A stretch of DNA of 64,000 nt from Yuukianura sp. NJ FZ-2021 (GCA_046563655.1 CM102286.1:3038001-3102000); one strand, 5' to 3'. Counted from the first letter of the stretch, positions 50,501-64,000 are shown. Numbers and translations: made by a program. The notes: generated by a model not told the origin, from the sequence alone.

Positions 50501-51485
50501 GGCGCGCTTAGTACGTTTGGTTTTAGCGATGTTTTATACTACTTACTTGACAATTGACATTGGATTTAACTTTATTTAAGTATGTTGTTGCAAATTTTCT
50601 TCCCGCTATACGTTGCAATGAACGTACCCGATGAAAATTCTTCCAAAATATCCTCCACAATAGTCCGTACCACTTCCTATTGTTTAAAAAAATACTGCTG
50701 CTACTGCGATACACGATCAGCGTTAGGACGGTAAAATTTTAGTATGAGTTGAATGATTTTGTTCATTAATTTATTTATAAACATTCAACAAGAGTTACCT
50801 ACTCAAAACGGTACTTGATTTATACAAACAAACAAATTTATACAAATTTGTATAAACATCATTAATCATCGCATCGTCAAAAAATCGGGGCGACAGAAGC
50901 TTTCTAAATAGTTTTTCTTGGATGACTCCCAAAGATCATCGCAATAAAAACCGAGTTGAGATATTTGCTACACGTGTGAAAATTAACATAAATTCGGATT
51001 TCAAGATCCGCCAAGAATGAAACGAAAAATTCTTTAGGTTTAGAAAATTTGGTACATTAATCGTACATTCAATCTTTTCACTTACAAAAAGAGAAAACCA
51101 CAATCAAGTGCTGAAATTCGAAATAATCAAATCATAGTCTAAAAAATGTTTTGCTTTGGAATAACAAATTTTTAAAACCTGTTTGAATTCTTCTAAAGGA
51201 ATCAAAGTGGTTTGACAATTGGTTGTATAATTGTGCATTTATGGAAATAAAACATGACTTTTGACCTTGATTCCTGCTAATATTAGCTTGTCTTGCACTT
51301 TCAGGTGTGTCACATTAGTCTAACATCCTTCCACAAAAAGTTTTATGCCTTGTCCATCGTTTCATTCCGTTTTAGATTAGGGCAGAACACTATCAAACAC
51401 TTTACTACTTAAAACTCGTCTAAATACAGATCATTGATCTTGACATTCCAACCGAAGCGTGCAGTTGGTGGAGGCGTCGATTACT
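45960..51485. repeat. Recent tandem segmental duplication covering ZF genes C and D and their upstream DNA
   Basis: ~45990-48230 aligns closely with ~48690-50962, introns and intergenic DNA included. 48234-48295 matches 51429-51485 after a ~465-bp indel. Confidence 0.85.
48381..50285 (-). CDS. C2H2 zinc-finger protein, cluster gene D (C-like 5' part, B-like 3' end)
   Basis: Same exon structure as gene C. Last exon is open from acceptor ~49406 (TRGSYTVRCPFC) to the stop at 48381. Confidence 0.87.
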
Positions 51486-51838
51486 CACAATCGCGTTCTG
51501 GTTCAAGAAATTTCTAAAAACCACTTTTAAAACATTTTGAATTTTGAAATCTGTGGGTTAGTAAGCCGCTCATTCAGTTTTAATCAAATATTTAATTTGT
51601 GTTGTCCAAGAGCAATATGTTTGGTCTTCATTGCGGTTACTTTAATTACTTAGCTATTTAGTTTAGCAGAATTGCGTTCTGTAATTCAGGTGATAACAAA
51701 GATTTAATGTGGTTAGTTTAACTGTAAACCATAAGACGATATTTTTAGACGCAAGTGAAAGATGGCCAAATTAGAAGCGTCTTAAACTTCTTACGATTAG
51801 TTTCAGCTTTTTGATCGCTGTCAATCCCACTCTGGACA

Positions 51839-53853
51839 ATGCGTAAACCAACGTAAGAAAAAACTTGTACATTATTTCCTCAGAATTTTCAAAAAATCTA
51901 AGCCTACTACATTACGTGTACAAATTGATTTTTTTTATAGAGATCTGGAACTTCGTGTCCAAAACAAAAGATATAAACGTAGTGCTACTAATAGCTTTAG
52001 TTCAGACGAAGATGAATTGCAAGCTGCCACTAGAGGAAGGGCATCAGATGAACATTCCCAAACCTCTATTGACATTCCACAGCATGCAGAGCATCCAGAA
52101 GTGGCATGCGCAGATGACCTCACGCAGTTCGCAGCACTACCGCAGGAACTGTCCATGTTTACCAATCCCAGCAGCGTTCTGGACATGTTCTGGCTCTACA
52201 TCAACTTCTGCTTTTTCCTGTGCCTCTTCCCTTTTCGAACAGTTCGAGACAAGCGATGGCGCTGCACAATGCAGCAATTCAAATATCAGCAGGTAAGTTG
52301 ATTTCGAGGCCAAGCAAGGTCATATGTCAAGTGGTATTGCATTTACGACACTGTTTGGAAAAGCCAGGGATTCAACTGTTCGAAAATTTTTCAAATCTTG
52401 CAGATTTTTTGCGCAGTACTTCATGTGTTGCTTATACTGTTTTGGGTGAAGAAATGGCGAACCAATCCAGCAGTCATTATGACTCTGCATGGAGGTCTGC
52501 CTGGACAACGCACTTCGACCAAAGACTACTTCAACCTACTGCTGGCCATTGCCGAAGTCAGCTACGTTCTGGCACTACTGTTTACAGCCTGGACAAAAGC
52601 ACTGGTCTTCCAGCACATTTCAAATTCATATCATCAATTGGCCAAATTCGAAGAAGAGGAACATGCTTCTTCAGTCAATGACAATTTGCCTTTGCGTCGA
52701 CTACTGATGTCCTACGCAATTCGGATTGTTTTGACTCTTTTGGCCAAACGCTACGTCGCTGGAATTGTTCTCATTTCAGTTTGTACGCTCCTTGGAGTCA
52801 AGGATTGGTGGGATGAATTTGATGAAGAAATAAGAGATGATAATCCACTGTTCGGTATCGATGGTTACGTTGTCACTGCAACCAAAGAGTTTTTCTATAT
52901 CGATGCCGTTGACGTTCCATTGCCTATTGGGTACATGTTGTCCCTGATCTACGTTTACGTGTCACTCCTGTATTCGCTGCTCATCAACCTTGGAAATTTG
53001 TTCTTCGGAATTCTGGCGCTAATGCTGGCAAACCTGGGTAACAACTTTGAAAATTTGTTGGCCCTTCCAGACGTCACTGGAAAGCAGGTAAGCTTATGAA
53101 TTGTTTCGATTTACGACCTTCGTCAGTAAAAATTCGAGAAATTTTGAAATTCAAGTTCAAAATTTTAGATTATCGGGGAGTACAACCAGGCCAAGGACTT
53201 TGTCAAGTACATCAACGATGAACTGGGCGTACTCACTCTGTTTATGGTTCTTTCAGCCGTACCGTACTACGCTACTGTCCTTCCTCATGCGCTGAACAAC
53301 GAGTTGGACACATTGGACCGAATTATTTATGGACTCAATCTTGTTTTCTATGGTTTGGTTCTCTATCTGGCATCAACCTTACAAGAGAAAGTAAATTATA
53401 ACAAAACGAAAGTTTTTTTTTTTGAATTTGAAATGTTTCAAATTTTTTATTTTAATAATGAAATTTGAAATGTTCGTTTGTGATAGTTGAGGGCAATGCA
53501 TTCATGGTTTGCTCATCGAGAATCAACTGACACAGGAGTGACCAGTGAACAACAGCGAATCGTCATGGAAGAAATAGCGCAGGATTCCGTATCCTTAAGT
53601 GCTTTTGGCTTCTTTTCAGTTTCGTATGCTACAATTGGAAAAGTTAGAGTCGGACAATGCAAAATCGGAAAAATGAAAAACTCAATTTTATATTTTCAAA
53701 ATTTTAAATTTTTCGATTTTAATGCAGATTCTACAACTCCTAGTAACCTATGGATTCATCAAAGGAGAAGGACTTTCTGGAAGCTTGGCGAACATGACAA
53801 GCTCAATTGAAGCCTTTACAGGTCAAGGGCTGCCTGGATTCGGACTTCCATAA
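51839..53853 (+). CDS. Gustatory receptor family (7tm_7-like) chemoreceptor
   Basis: Exons 51839-51852, 51941-52292, 52404-53087, 53169-53390, 53487-53643, 53728-53853. Multiple TM segments, three phase-0 introns near the C-terminus, and SLSAFGFFSVSYATIGKILQLLVTY matching the GR TM7 region. Confidence 0.78.
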
Positions 53854-54855
53854 AAGCTGTTTTAAAACGCTTACGACATATTTTTGGACAACATTTTCAA
53901 CAACTCCTCATCAAAATTTAAATTTTGAACCACAAGAGACAGTATAAGAATGACTGACTTTTCTTTTGAAGTCACAATTCTACTTGCATGTTATTATTAT
54001 TATTGAACAGTATAACTGATACAAATGGTTCAATAGTAAATAAAATATTTAAGAATAAAAATAAATATAACGTAAGAACCCAGAAAATTGAAAAATTTTG
54101 AAAAATTGTCGCCTGGAACAAAAAATACTCATAAGGTGGTCGTATGAACGTTCTTGCAGCAGCGTCAGACTTATTGAAGAGATCTTCAGTTTAATTTCAT
54201 CTGAGTCCTTATTCAATTATTCTTTTTTGATACGATCAATTTCTCCTGAGCAGCAGGAAAGTGGATTGGCAGTTAAAAATGTTAAAAGTTCTAACGTTTT
54301 CTAATTTTGAGGCTTTGCTACATAAAATTAAGGAGTTTAGTATACATTTCACAGCTAAACGTGTCAACTAAAGCAACAAAGTGAAAAAAATTATATTTAA
54401 AAAAATGCGTTTTGTCGACTTCTACCTAAATTCTTTTTTTTTGCTTCTGGCGCTTATTGCTTGTTAATCAAAGTTTTCAAGGTGCTTTTCTGATTGCGCA
54501 AAAGAAGGATTTCACATCAGGTCAATGGATATTTTATACCATTGGGATTGTTTTGCGTAGTTTTGCTTAGTTAGTTGGAGTTGGCAGCTGCAAAGAATGA
54601 AATGCCGCGTAGGCAATTTTTTAAGTATCTTGCAGAAAATGGATTTGCTTTATTACAGTAATTACGCATTTCCAAGTTCAAGTCCGCTTTTTTACAACGC
54701 CTCAACGCATTGTCTTAATTAGTTTAATTTCTGAACATTAATCACTACATAATACATGGTTATGATCTATTCTTCAATATTCAAGTATTCTATTTACCTT
54801 GGGTTATGATTAAGTTATTGATCAGTTTCCGATTTGGAAATGCCTCCAAGGTAAC

Positions 54856-55510
54856 TTGGCGGTGCTTTCAGTCGTGCCGTACAACTGTCTTTCCGCATGC
54901 GCTGAACAACGAACTAGACAAAACGGCCCGCTTTATTTATGCAGTGAATTTAGATTTCTATGGCCTGTGGTTTATCTTGCATCAACCTTACAAGAAAAAG
55001 TAAATACTCCTCATTTGATTTTTTTTTCAAAAATTAGAATTTTTGAAATATGTTCGGTTGTTATAGTTGAGAACAATATATACAATTCAGTTCCGTATGC
55101 GACAATTGGAAAGCCACTTGTTAGAGCCACTTAATGCAAAATCGGAAAAATTAAAAATCAAGCTTCATGTTTTCAAAATTCTACAAAATTTGAACGTTTG
55201 GATTTTTATGAGATTCTACAACTCCTAGTAACCGATAGCGAATATGCTTTTACTAGTCAAAGCCTATCTGTATTTCTACTTCCATAAAAACAGTTTTAGA
55301 AAGCTTAAGCATAGTTTTGGACAACATTTTTCAAAACTGACGGCAATGAGCAAAATCTTCATCAGAATTGAAATTTTGAACCACACGCAAGAGTAAAGTA
55401 ATTCTAAAAGTTAGAACCTTCCTTTTAATATCGCAATAATGCAATTTGAATGTATTACTTTTAGTATCATTGAACTGTAAAACTGGTTCAATAGAATAAA
55501 CTATTTAAAT
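54856..55510 (+). pseudogene. Partial degraded duplicate of the 3' end of the gustatory receptor gene
   Basis: Homologous to ~53240-54050 (PHALNNELD, YLASTLQEK, SVPYATIGK, attctacaactcctagtaacc and 3' flank) with frameshifts, internal deletions and no 5' exons. Confidence 0.8.
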
Positions 55511-55564
55511 ATATTTAACAGTTTTCATTTGTTAAATTAATACTTATTGTTGTAATTGACTGAC

Positions 55565-56624
55565 TTACTGTTGGAGTCTAAATTGTTCCGACTTAATATT
55601 AATAAAGCACGTTTCCCAGAAAATAAACCGATTAATTCCTTCATTTAGCAGATTCGGTTCGGAAAAGTACGGACGAAGGCCGCGAGCTTCCAATTTTTGC
55701 CAAAACGTCATCAAATGTTTTGGCCACTCATCAGGTTGAACCGCATGCAAATGGAATTCAATTTGCAATTGACTAAATGGCAAAGTGTCTGGAAAATCCT
55801 TCAGGATTTGTTCCACCGAAGCCCATTCTGCTCCCTCCACGTCCATTTTGAGTATGTCCAGTGACTTCAGTCCATCTTCGTTCATGAACTTCTTCAAAGT
55901 GCTCATATCTCCTGCTTCGGTTCCAGAAATTCCTTTGGCCTTGAACTTTGACCTATCCGGGTAAGTTTTGGTAATTGGAGGCCCCTCTTTTGAAATTGTT
56001 GGATCAAACATGACAACTTTGCAATTTCGAGTCCTCTCCAGAACTTCGTTTTCAAATGAAGTGTCATCTTTGACTCCAAAGGAATAGACGACACAATCTG
56101 GCTTGTTAATGAGTTCACTAAATCCACAAATCCATTTCCCACCATCACCTACGCGTCCAATCCGTTCTTTGGTATACGGACAGTCGAATGTTGGATAGAA
56201 AAAGTCCCAGAGCATTTGATATTTGCTGAAATCCAATCCATTTTTGAGATTCACTGACTGAAATGCAGTCATCCGGCGCTCAACGCTTCGTTTCCAGATA
56301 ATTTCTGACTCTTTCAAGCGATTTGCAATTGTAAATGTTTGTTGAGGTCCACAATTTGTACATTCTTGCCCGTAAGTTACAGTTTGAGATTCACCTAAAA
56401 ATCACAAAGGAAATCACATGAGTTGAAATTGCAAGGTCACTGGAAATGTTCCCAATGAGGAAAAAAATGAAGAGCGCGACCTTCCTTTTAGAAAATTTTG
56501 AATTACCTTTTGGAACTGAAATTTCATTAGAGGAGAATGAAAATACAAAAATGCAGAATACGACAACAACGATAACAACGAACAAGTAATGAAACTGACT
56601 TTTGATGCGACTGCTCGTCGTCAT
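55565..56624 (-). CDS. METTL24-like (Methyltransf_22/FkbM-related) methyltransferase with N-terminal signal anchor
   Basis: Exons 56624-56507 and 56394-55565 (phase 1). Motifs ERIGRVGDGGKWICG, CVVYSFGV, SFE, DILKMDVEGAEW, QLQIEFH. Confidence 0.85.
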
Positions 56625-57551
56625 TTTGGAACAATTTTTACCAAGAAACTAAAACTGGAAACGTCAAATTTTAAACGGGAACTTTTTTTAAACCGCAACT
56701 GAAGTGTCTATGTTGATGATGTGATGATGGATATCCGATGATTCGTGAAAAGCGTGAGAAAATGTGTTAACAAAAATTTCAACAAAACAAGTTGCCATGG
56801 AAATGTTACAAACCAGAAATATTAAACTGAATGAGCAAATTAATCTTGAGCAAACGAATTATTATTGATGTCGCTTTATAATAAAAACACAGCTTCAAGG
56901 TGAATTATTTTCAACGACCTTGAATTGCAATTAATTTTTATTATTAGCAGCCAATCATTATTGTTAAAACTATAAGAATGAAAACGTTATGTTTCATGGG
57001 ACTGCCAAACTTCAACAGAAAAAGAAAAGTAACGTTATAACGCCTATACTAGGGAAAAGGTCGGCAATGCTCCAAAAATTCGTGTCTCGGTTTTTTTTAA
57101 ATGGTTTTTAATCTTGGTGAAAGCTTTTTTTTTAACCAAGTTCTGTTCTAAGTTCAAAACGAAATGAAAAAGGGAAGTTGAGTGCGGTATATACTTATAA
57201 GAAAAACGAGAAGAAGCTTTACTTGAGCAGTACTTTTGCACACTTTCACAAAAAACTGAAGATCGATTCAAAAATAACCTTCTGCATGCCCTTGATGGCT
57301 TACTAGCACGCAAGCTGCTACAAATGCAATGCTTACAACTCCGTTGCCTATAGCAACCCCACGCTAACAGACAAAAAACTTGCGCATGAAGCTTAGACTT
57401 TAGAACCATGGGTTGCGATGTGAATTCTAAAAAACTATTCCACATTTGTGGCGCTTGATATTTGGCAAAATTTGTTTTTAGTTTACGTTATGCTGAATTA
57501 ATTAGAATTTTCACAATTTTTTTTATTGTAATGTACTATTTTGAATATTAC

Positions 57552-57651
57552 CTTTTAGATTCAGTACAGGGATAACCAATGAAAATACGTAAAATGCAGC
57601 AGCAACAATCATAATACCAACAAGAAAAGATGGGAGTCGTCGCAATGTCAT
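57552..57651 (-). other. Duplicate or alternative first exon for the methyltransferase
   Basis: ATG-initiated MTLRRLPSFLVGIMIVAAAFYVFSLVIPVLNLK ending aaa g|gtaata, the same phase and donor context as exon 56624-56507. Shares ctgcattttacgtattttcatt / ctgcatttttgtattttcatt with it. Confidence 0.55.
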
Positions 57652-59209
57652 TTCAACTACAATTGTACCACTACTGGACTGTTACAAGAACTCGTGTGAA
57701 ATTTTACCTTTGACGGTTTATTTCTCGATTGAACTAGTTTTTTTTTAACAGAAATGAATTTCCGCTTGTGATGCAAAATGATTTTGGCAAAAAGAACAAG
57801 CTGACATGCCATATAATATTTGTGGTGGATGATCAGATCACGTTCCTTGCGGAAATGGTTTCGTATAGTTAAAATTTTGAGTTTAGAGTACTTTATGGAC
57901 CATTCAATCATAAAAATATCCCGTTATTGTGAAATGCTGCTCCACAACGTTATGGCATGCTACAAGTAATTCTCAAAATTAGGGCTTTTTGACAATATAT
58001 TTTCATTAGCCTTTGAATTAATATAATTAACATAAAGAATTTAGTCACCAGTAGTTGAAGGCAATGACTACAAAAAAAGTAAGTACTAATCTGCCTTGTT
58101 CAATTTTCGATTGCATATCGATATAAAACTTTTGGCTTCTAAAAATACTGTGGTTCAACTCCAAGAGATGACGCTCAATGTCAAAACAAAACGAAGTTAC
58201 AACATAAAACCAATAATAGTATTCTGCGCACTACTGCAAACACAAAGGTCAAAGGTTGAAGGCATTTGCAGTTCATGTACCACTAATACCAATGTATTTA
58301 CTTTCTAGACAAAAATTTATCTGATACTAACCGACGGTTTGATAAACTGAACGCGAAATAGTAATCAAAAACAATTAGCCATGCCAAAACTGAGTTTAAA
58401 AGAAACCAAAAATTTAGGGGTTGAAATATTCTTCCAGAAATTCGTATATGTATCTCCGAATGCTTGAGTGGTTTTTCTTTAAAAAACAAAGTTTTTTATT
58501 TAACATAACAGAACTGAAAAAACTTACACCTGCCAGAGGCAGGTTGAGGTATTTAAAGACGTATTGAAAAAACGTTTTTCTTTAATATTATTGAGCCAAA
58601 TCAGCCTGAGACACTTTTTAGCCTGGTCTCAGATTAACTTTATCACTTAATGGTGTAGACTCTCGTTGTAAATGACTCATGCTAAATACTAGGAATTAAG
58701 ATGGTTTCGATTTTCAAAATGGTTTCAAATCAATTTGCAAGACAAAAAATAAACATCATGCCATTAAAACCATCATTGCTTATCGACAGAAGATTATAGT
58801 TTGTGTTGAACTTTTATAACAATGCATTTGCCCAATGTTTAATACCGTCGGCATTTGATTAAACAAAATCAACAACAAGGGCAGAAATTCTAGAAAATCG
58901 TACATAAAAACTTCACAAGACGAGATTGCAGGAGTAAACACATCCCAGCTAACATTGGGTTTTGAATTTTAGAAGTGCAATTGATTCCGTGTCTCCAAAG
59001 TTCTCAATATTCAGCGTTTACTCTTTTCCAAAGTTTACTTATCGTTTCAGTTTGAAATTTTTTTTTGACTGATTTTCCTTAAATGTGTTGTGTTAAGTTA
59101 CCGGTGAAGCAGTACATCACAGAAGACGCAATCTCACGTATCCCTACCCAAATCTTAACCATTTAGCAAACTGGAACCAAATAGTAAGGTTGACACTTTA
59201 AATCTGAAA

Positions 59210-61906
59210 ATGAGTACGGACATGCTGACTCCAAAACAAACTAAACTTGGAGACATTGGCAAAGTCACTGCAATTACCATAGGTTGCGATAATGGTGAAA
59301 GTATGTCTATATTTTTCAAAAATTGTTTTGCTATAATTTTTTTAACGAGTATTTTGAAAGTGAATTTTATAATCTTAAAAGATGGACAAGAAGCAACACC
59401 ATTAATTCAACTCACAGCAGAGATGACATACATGTTCAGCGCAGCAGCGTCTGGTGACATTCAAAGGTTACAACAATTTTTAATTCTAAATACGCCAGAA
59501 AACACAGAGGCCGGAATTACACAAACTTTGGACCAAATTCTCTGCTGTGACAAAACTAGAAAAAACCGAAATATTCTGCACCTAGCAGCTGCTTACCAAG
59601 GTAAAATTTATTAAATTCTAAAAAATTAAGCATTACTTTTTACAAATTTTAATTTTCCGTTACATTTGTTAAGGGAACCAAGAAAGCTCCAAAGACTGTG
59701 CCAACCTTATATTGGAATTTGCTCGTACGAATATACCGCGAACGGAATATCAAGCATTCGTTGACGCTGGAGATGACGACGGAGCGACTCCTTTGTATCT
59801 AGCAGCCAAATACGAAAATGTTGAAGCATGTAAATCACTCGTTTTTGGTGGATGTGATTTCGACAAATCGTATGAAATTTCAACAAAAACATAAAATTGT
59901 AAGAAGAAATAAATAGTTTCTGCATATTTTTTGTATCATAGAAATAACCGCGGCAAAACTCCAATCATGCAAATGTTCAAGAAAATGCCACACGTCATTG
60001 CTGAATTCTTTTCTGGAAGTGGAAGTGAGAGTCACTATGTTGACAGTGAACGGCAAATCATAAATCTTCATTTTCGGTATTAAAATAATTCTTTAAAGAC
60101 TTTTAATTTTTCGCGTACTTTTCAAAATATTTCATGTTTCGCTTTATGTAGGGCGTTGATCTCAGTTCCAATGGAAGCAGACGTTGTGAGCAAATCCCGT
60201 GGCCGTTACCGTGAAATGGACTTGCTTTCTAATTTGTCATTTACACCAATCAAAGAGCGGGAGCAAATTTTAGAAAATGTGCATGTCAAAGCCTTAGTTT
60301 GGATCAAGTGGCAGAGGTACAAATGGATACTTTGGATCGCAAGAACTTTTCAGGTAAGCAAAAAAATTCAATCGCTGTACAAAAAATTGGAACAGAAATT
60401 ATTGTTTTAGATTTCATGGTTTCTGCTGTACATTGCATACTTGCTTTCACTGTTTCGCCTGCATTGTCCATTTCCTGGAGCAAAAGTTTACAATTTCAGT
60501 TGGGTGCCACTGGAAGCGTCGTCGGACTTTTTCAACTACTCGGATGCCAATACACTATCCAGTAAAAAAACTTACTTAAAACTTTTTAAAAATTTAACTA
60601 TCAAACTGTATTTTCTGTTTTAAGTTTCAGAACGAAACTGCGCAACAGCGGATTTACATATAATGGCGTGGCTGCTCATGATTAGCGCTGTGTTGGACGT
60701 TTTGCTAATTGAAGGATATCCTACCATTGTGCGATTTTCACGAAAATGGTATCCAATCAAAACGTGGGGTTTGAAAAAATGTTGGAGACAAATTGGCACG
60801 TTATTTGAAATACTTCACGCGGAAAAGTGGGCACTATTATTCTCCATAATCATAACAACGATGCCACTCAACTTCAACACGCACGTTGTCAGTGCCGAAG
60901 GGCAATACATTTTTGCATCGGTAACAGAAAATGTCCTAGCAAAAATTAACTGAAATTCTACTTTAAAAAACTTTTTTATCTAAAGGGCGAAATTTTTTAA
61001 AATTTTCAGCTTGGAATGTTTCTTGCCTGGTTTCATATTTTCCTCCAATTGGGCAAATTTCCACTACTTAAAGGATACATCAAAGTTTTTACAAATGTAT
61101 GCTGACTTAAACACACATTCTATACTTTAAAAAATTTTATTTTTTGACGTTGATTTTTTTTAATTTTTTTTTGTCGTTTTCAGACACTTTCAACTCTTTG
61201 CGTGGTTTTTCTCCTTTATGGATCCTTAATTTTTGCTTTTGCAATGGTTTTCTGTATTCTCCTCCCTGGGGTAACATTTATTTGAATTTTTTTTTAAAAA
61301 AATTTGCTTTTTGGAAAATCAAAATTTTTCTGTTTGTTTAGGAAGTTACGTACTCATCTCCATTTGAATCTTTAATTCGCGTATTTACATTTACTATTGG
61401 AGAAGTGGATTTTGAAGACACATTTTACGGAGACGAGGCATCTCCACCAGCATCTTTTGTTGTCACAACTGTATTTTTTGGCATTGCAATTCTAGTTTTA
61501 CACGTTGCATTGTTGAATTATCTGATTGGTCTTACTATTCATGAAATCCAGGTAACGTGTCTCTTTTTCGAATTACTTCGTTTTTAGAATTTTCCGTTGA
61601 ATTGGAATTTTTTAATTTCAGGAAGTATGGAAGCAAGCAAACGTGTGGAAAACTTACACTTACATGTGGCAAATCTTCCTTTGTGAAACGTTTCTTTCCA
61701 GTTTCCCGTTTTCATTTTGTCAAAACCTTTTGTACAACAGAATGGTTTTACAGTGTAAATATGAAGGACCTGGTGACGTTCGGAGAGGCGGCAAAATATT
61801 ATTCCATCAAATGAAGATGGACGAGTTACCAAAACACATTCAGCGGGAAATTAGGCAACTGAATCTCGATTGGAAAGAAGAAGATGCATGGAATGGCAGT
61901 GAATAA
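59210..61906 (+). CDS. TRPA-like ion channel with few ankyrin repeats, copy 1
   Basis: About 11 exons. Ankyrin motifs RNILHLAA and DDDGATPLYLAAKYENVEACKSL, HVKALVWIKW pre-S1, TM segments, pore TIGEVDF, S6 LLNYLIGLTIHEIQEVWKQA; stop 61906. Confidence 0.8.
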
Positions 61907-62548
61907 GTAGGAAGCAGGTTCAAAACTTTGTTTACAAATCAAACAATAGAATTTACTTATAGTTGTCTAACCCAATTTGTCCAGAAAAAAACGAAAAAAG
62001 CATTTTTTGTATAATGACTAATGTTAATGCTTTTTAGCTAACTTCCAAAAATAAGAGTCATTTTGTGTTTGAAGGCTAACTGTACTGCTACGTCTAAAGT
62101 TGAATACTTAATGGATTCATTGACACACTTCCTAATGGCTCGTCCTAAGTGATGGAGGTGGCTTTGGAGCCTTGTGAATTGAATTTGTTTTCATCAGTTT
62201 CCAAAATTTCTATAGACAAAGTGTTGTCCCACAAGCACCTATTGCCTATCACCAGTAGATAGCTTTTTAACACAATTTAATCATATTTGTAGCACCCACA
62301 TTTTCAATAAATTCCACAGTTCACCACACATCTGATCAACTTTTAGCCTAAAATGTAAATAAAAACATATCTCACGAACCTTGAAGATTTACAATAGAAA
62401 GTTGCAGAATAAACGCCTACTGCCTAAAATTTTGTGACCAAAGTTTTGTCCATACAGACTGAGAGTGATTTTGGATCAAGTTAGTTTTTCAACAACTATA
62501 AAAAAAAAGTAGTGAAAAAAGAGCAACAAACTTCCCAAATTGAAAACA

Positions 62549-64000
62549 ATGAGTTCGACTAAATTAGAACCAAGGCGAAAGGCTCGGATGCTATTGGTAA
62601 CTAAAAATACTGCCGCCATTGACATCCCTAATAGTAGCTACAGTAGTAGCGACGGTAAGTAGCCGGATTTTATTCATCACTCATTAATTATCTTAATTCA
62701 TTTGTGGAATAATTTTTTTTTTGTGTTGTATGCAAAGATGAAGAGGATTCAGTAGAAATGATCCCAGCGACAGAGGAGATGTACTTGTTCAATGTGGCTG
62801 CTTCTGGTGACATTGAAAAGTTAAAACAAATTTTAAATACGGACGGAATGCCGCCTTCAGGAATTAGCAATTTAGTGGCTCAAGTGCTGTCAAATGACAA
62901 AACCAGGAAGAACAGAAATGTTCTGCATCTGGCCGCTGGATTTCAAGGTAAAACTAATTTAACTCACACTTAAAGTGAAATTTGAAAGATAAAAAGTGTA
63001 TTCTCTTTTGCAACACTTTTTTTTAGTTTTGTGCAAAATCTTTTTCAGGGGAACCGTCATGCGCAGAAGAATGCGTCACCCTGATATTGCAGTTTCTTAA
63101 AAGCCAAAATACGTTGGAATCAGAATTTGAAACTTTCATTAATGCGGCTGATGACGATGGAGCAACTCCTTTGTACTTAGCCGCCAAATATGAAAATATG
63201 GGAGCCTGTAAAGTGCTTTTAGGTGGCGGAAGCGATTTAGACAAACCGTATGACTTATGACATTTCGAAACAACTTACGATTAGTTAGCAAAATTCAAAA
63301 TTTCAAAATACTAAATTTGGATACCCACCTTTAGAAACAAACAAGGAAAAACTCCGATTATGAAACTGTTTAAGAAAATGCCAAGCGTCATTGCAGATCT
63401 AATCAGTGAAAGAGGTGGGCTGAGTTATTATGTTGACGGAGAGCGGCAAATTGTAAATCTTCATTTTCGGTATAAAACAAAGAAAAATTTTGCCAAATTT
63501 TAAAATTTACTGCAGAAGTTTTTAAAGAAAAAGTTATTTGCAGGTCGATGATCTCCATTCCAATGGAAGCGGACATTTTGAAAAAGTCTCCTGGACTGTA
63601 CCGCGAAATGGACTTACTTTCAAATTTGTCATATACACCAATTGAACAACGCTACAAAATTTTAGAGATCACGCATGTCAAAGCATTAGTTTGGATCAAA
63701 TGGCAACACTACAAGTGGTTGTTTTGGTTGGCAAGAGCGTTTCAGGTCAGATATGAAACTTATTAAATTTAATTTCCTAAATAAAAAATTTGAGAATTTT
63801 CAAATTCGCATTTTTTACAACTCCGCAAAATTTTCTTCTCTTTTTAGATCTCATGGTTTCTACTGTACATTACATACCTCCTAACATTGTACCGAGTACA
63901 ATGTCCGTTTCCTGGAAGCAGAGTTTACAATTTTAGTTGGATTGCTTTGGAACCGTCTTCTTCCTATTTCAATTACTCCGCAGCTCATACTCAATCAAGT
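62549..64000 (+). CDS. TRPA-like ion channel, tandem paralog copy 2 (runs off the window end)
   Basis: Same exon structure and motifs as copy 1 (KTRKNRNVLHLAA, DDDGATPLYLAAKYEN, YREMDLLSNLS, HVKALVWIKW). Confidence 0.8.

Overview
Gene-dense, AT-rich eukaryotic DNA with many 50-120 nt spliceosomal introns. The gene content points to an arthropod, plausibly a springtail or other basal hexapod (inference only). In order: a 5'-incomplete Dscam-family gene (+) with two Ig7-type units and several small mobile elements in its introns; a minus-strand gene in which an intact REX4/ISG20-type DEDDh exonuclease runs, within one exon, into a ZNFX1-like SF1 RNA helicase; an intron-containing PDX2/SNO glutaminase; a WS/DGAT-type acyltransferase; a divergent histone H2A that can splice to an acidic 64-aa tail; RECK; a GMC oxidoreductase; four tandem C2H2 zinc-finger genes sharing an unnamed N-terminal motif; a gustatory receptor and a pseudogene fragment of it; a METTL24-like methyltransferase with a duplicated first exon; and two tandem short TRPA-like channels. 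The best candidates for undescribed biology are the exonuclease-ZNFX1 fusion, the tailed H2A variant and the zinc-finger cluster. All gene models were spliced by eye and family calls rest on recalled motifs; no database search was run.
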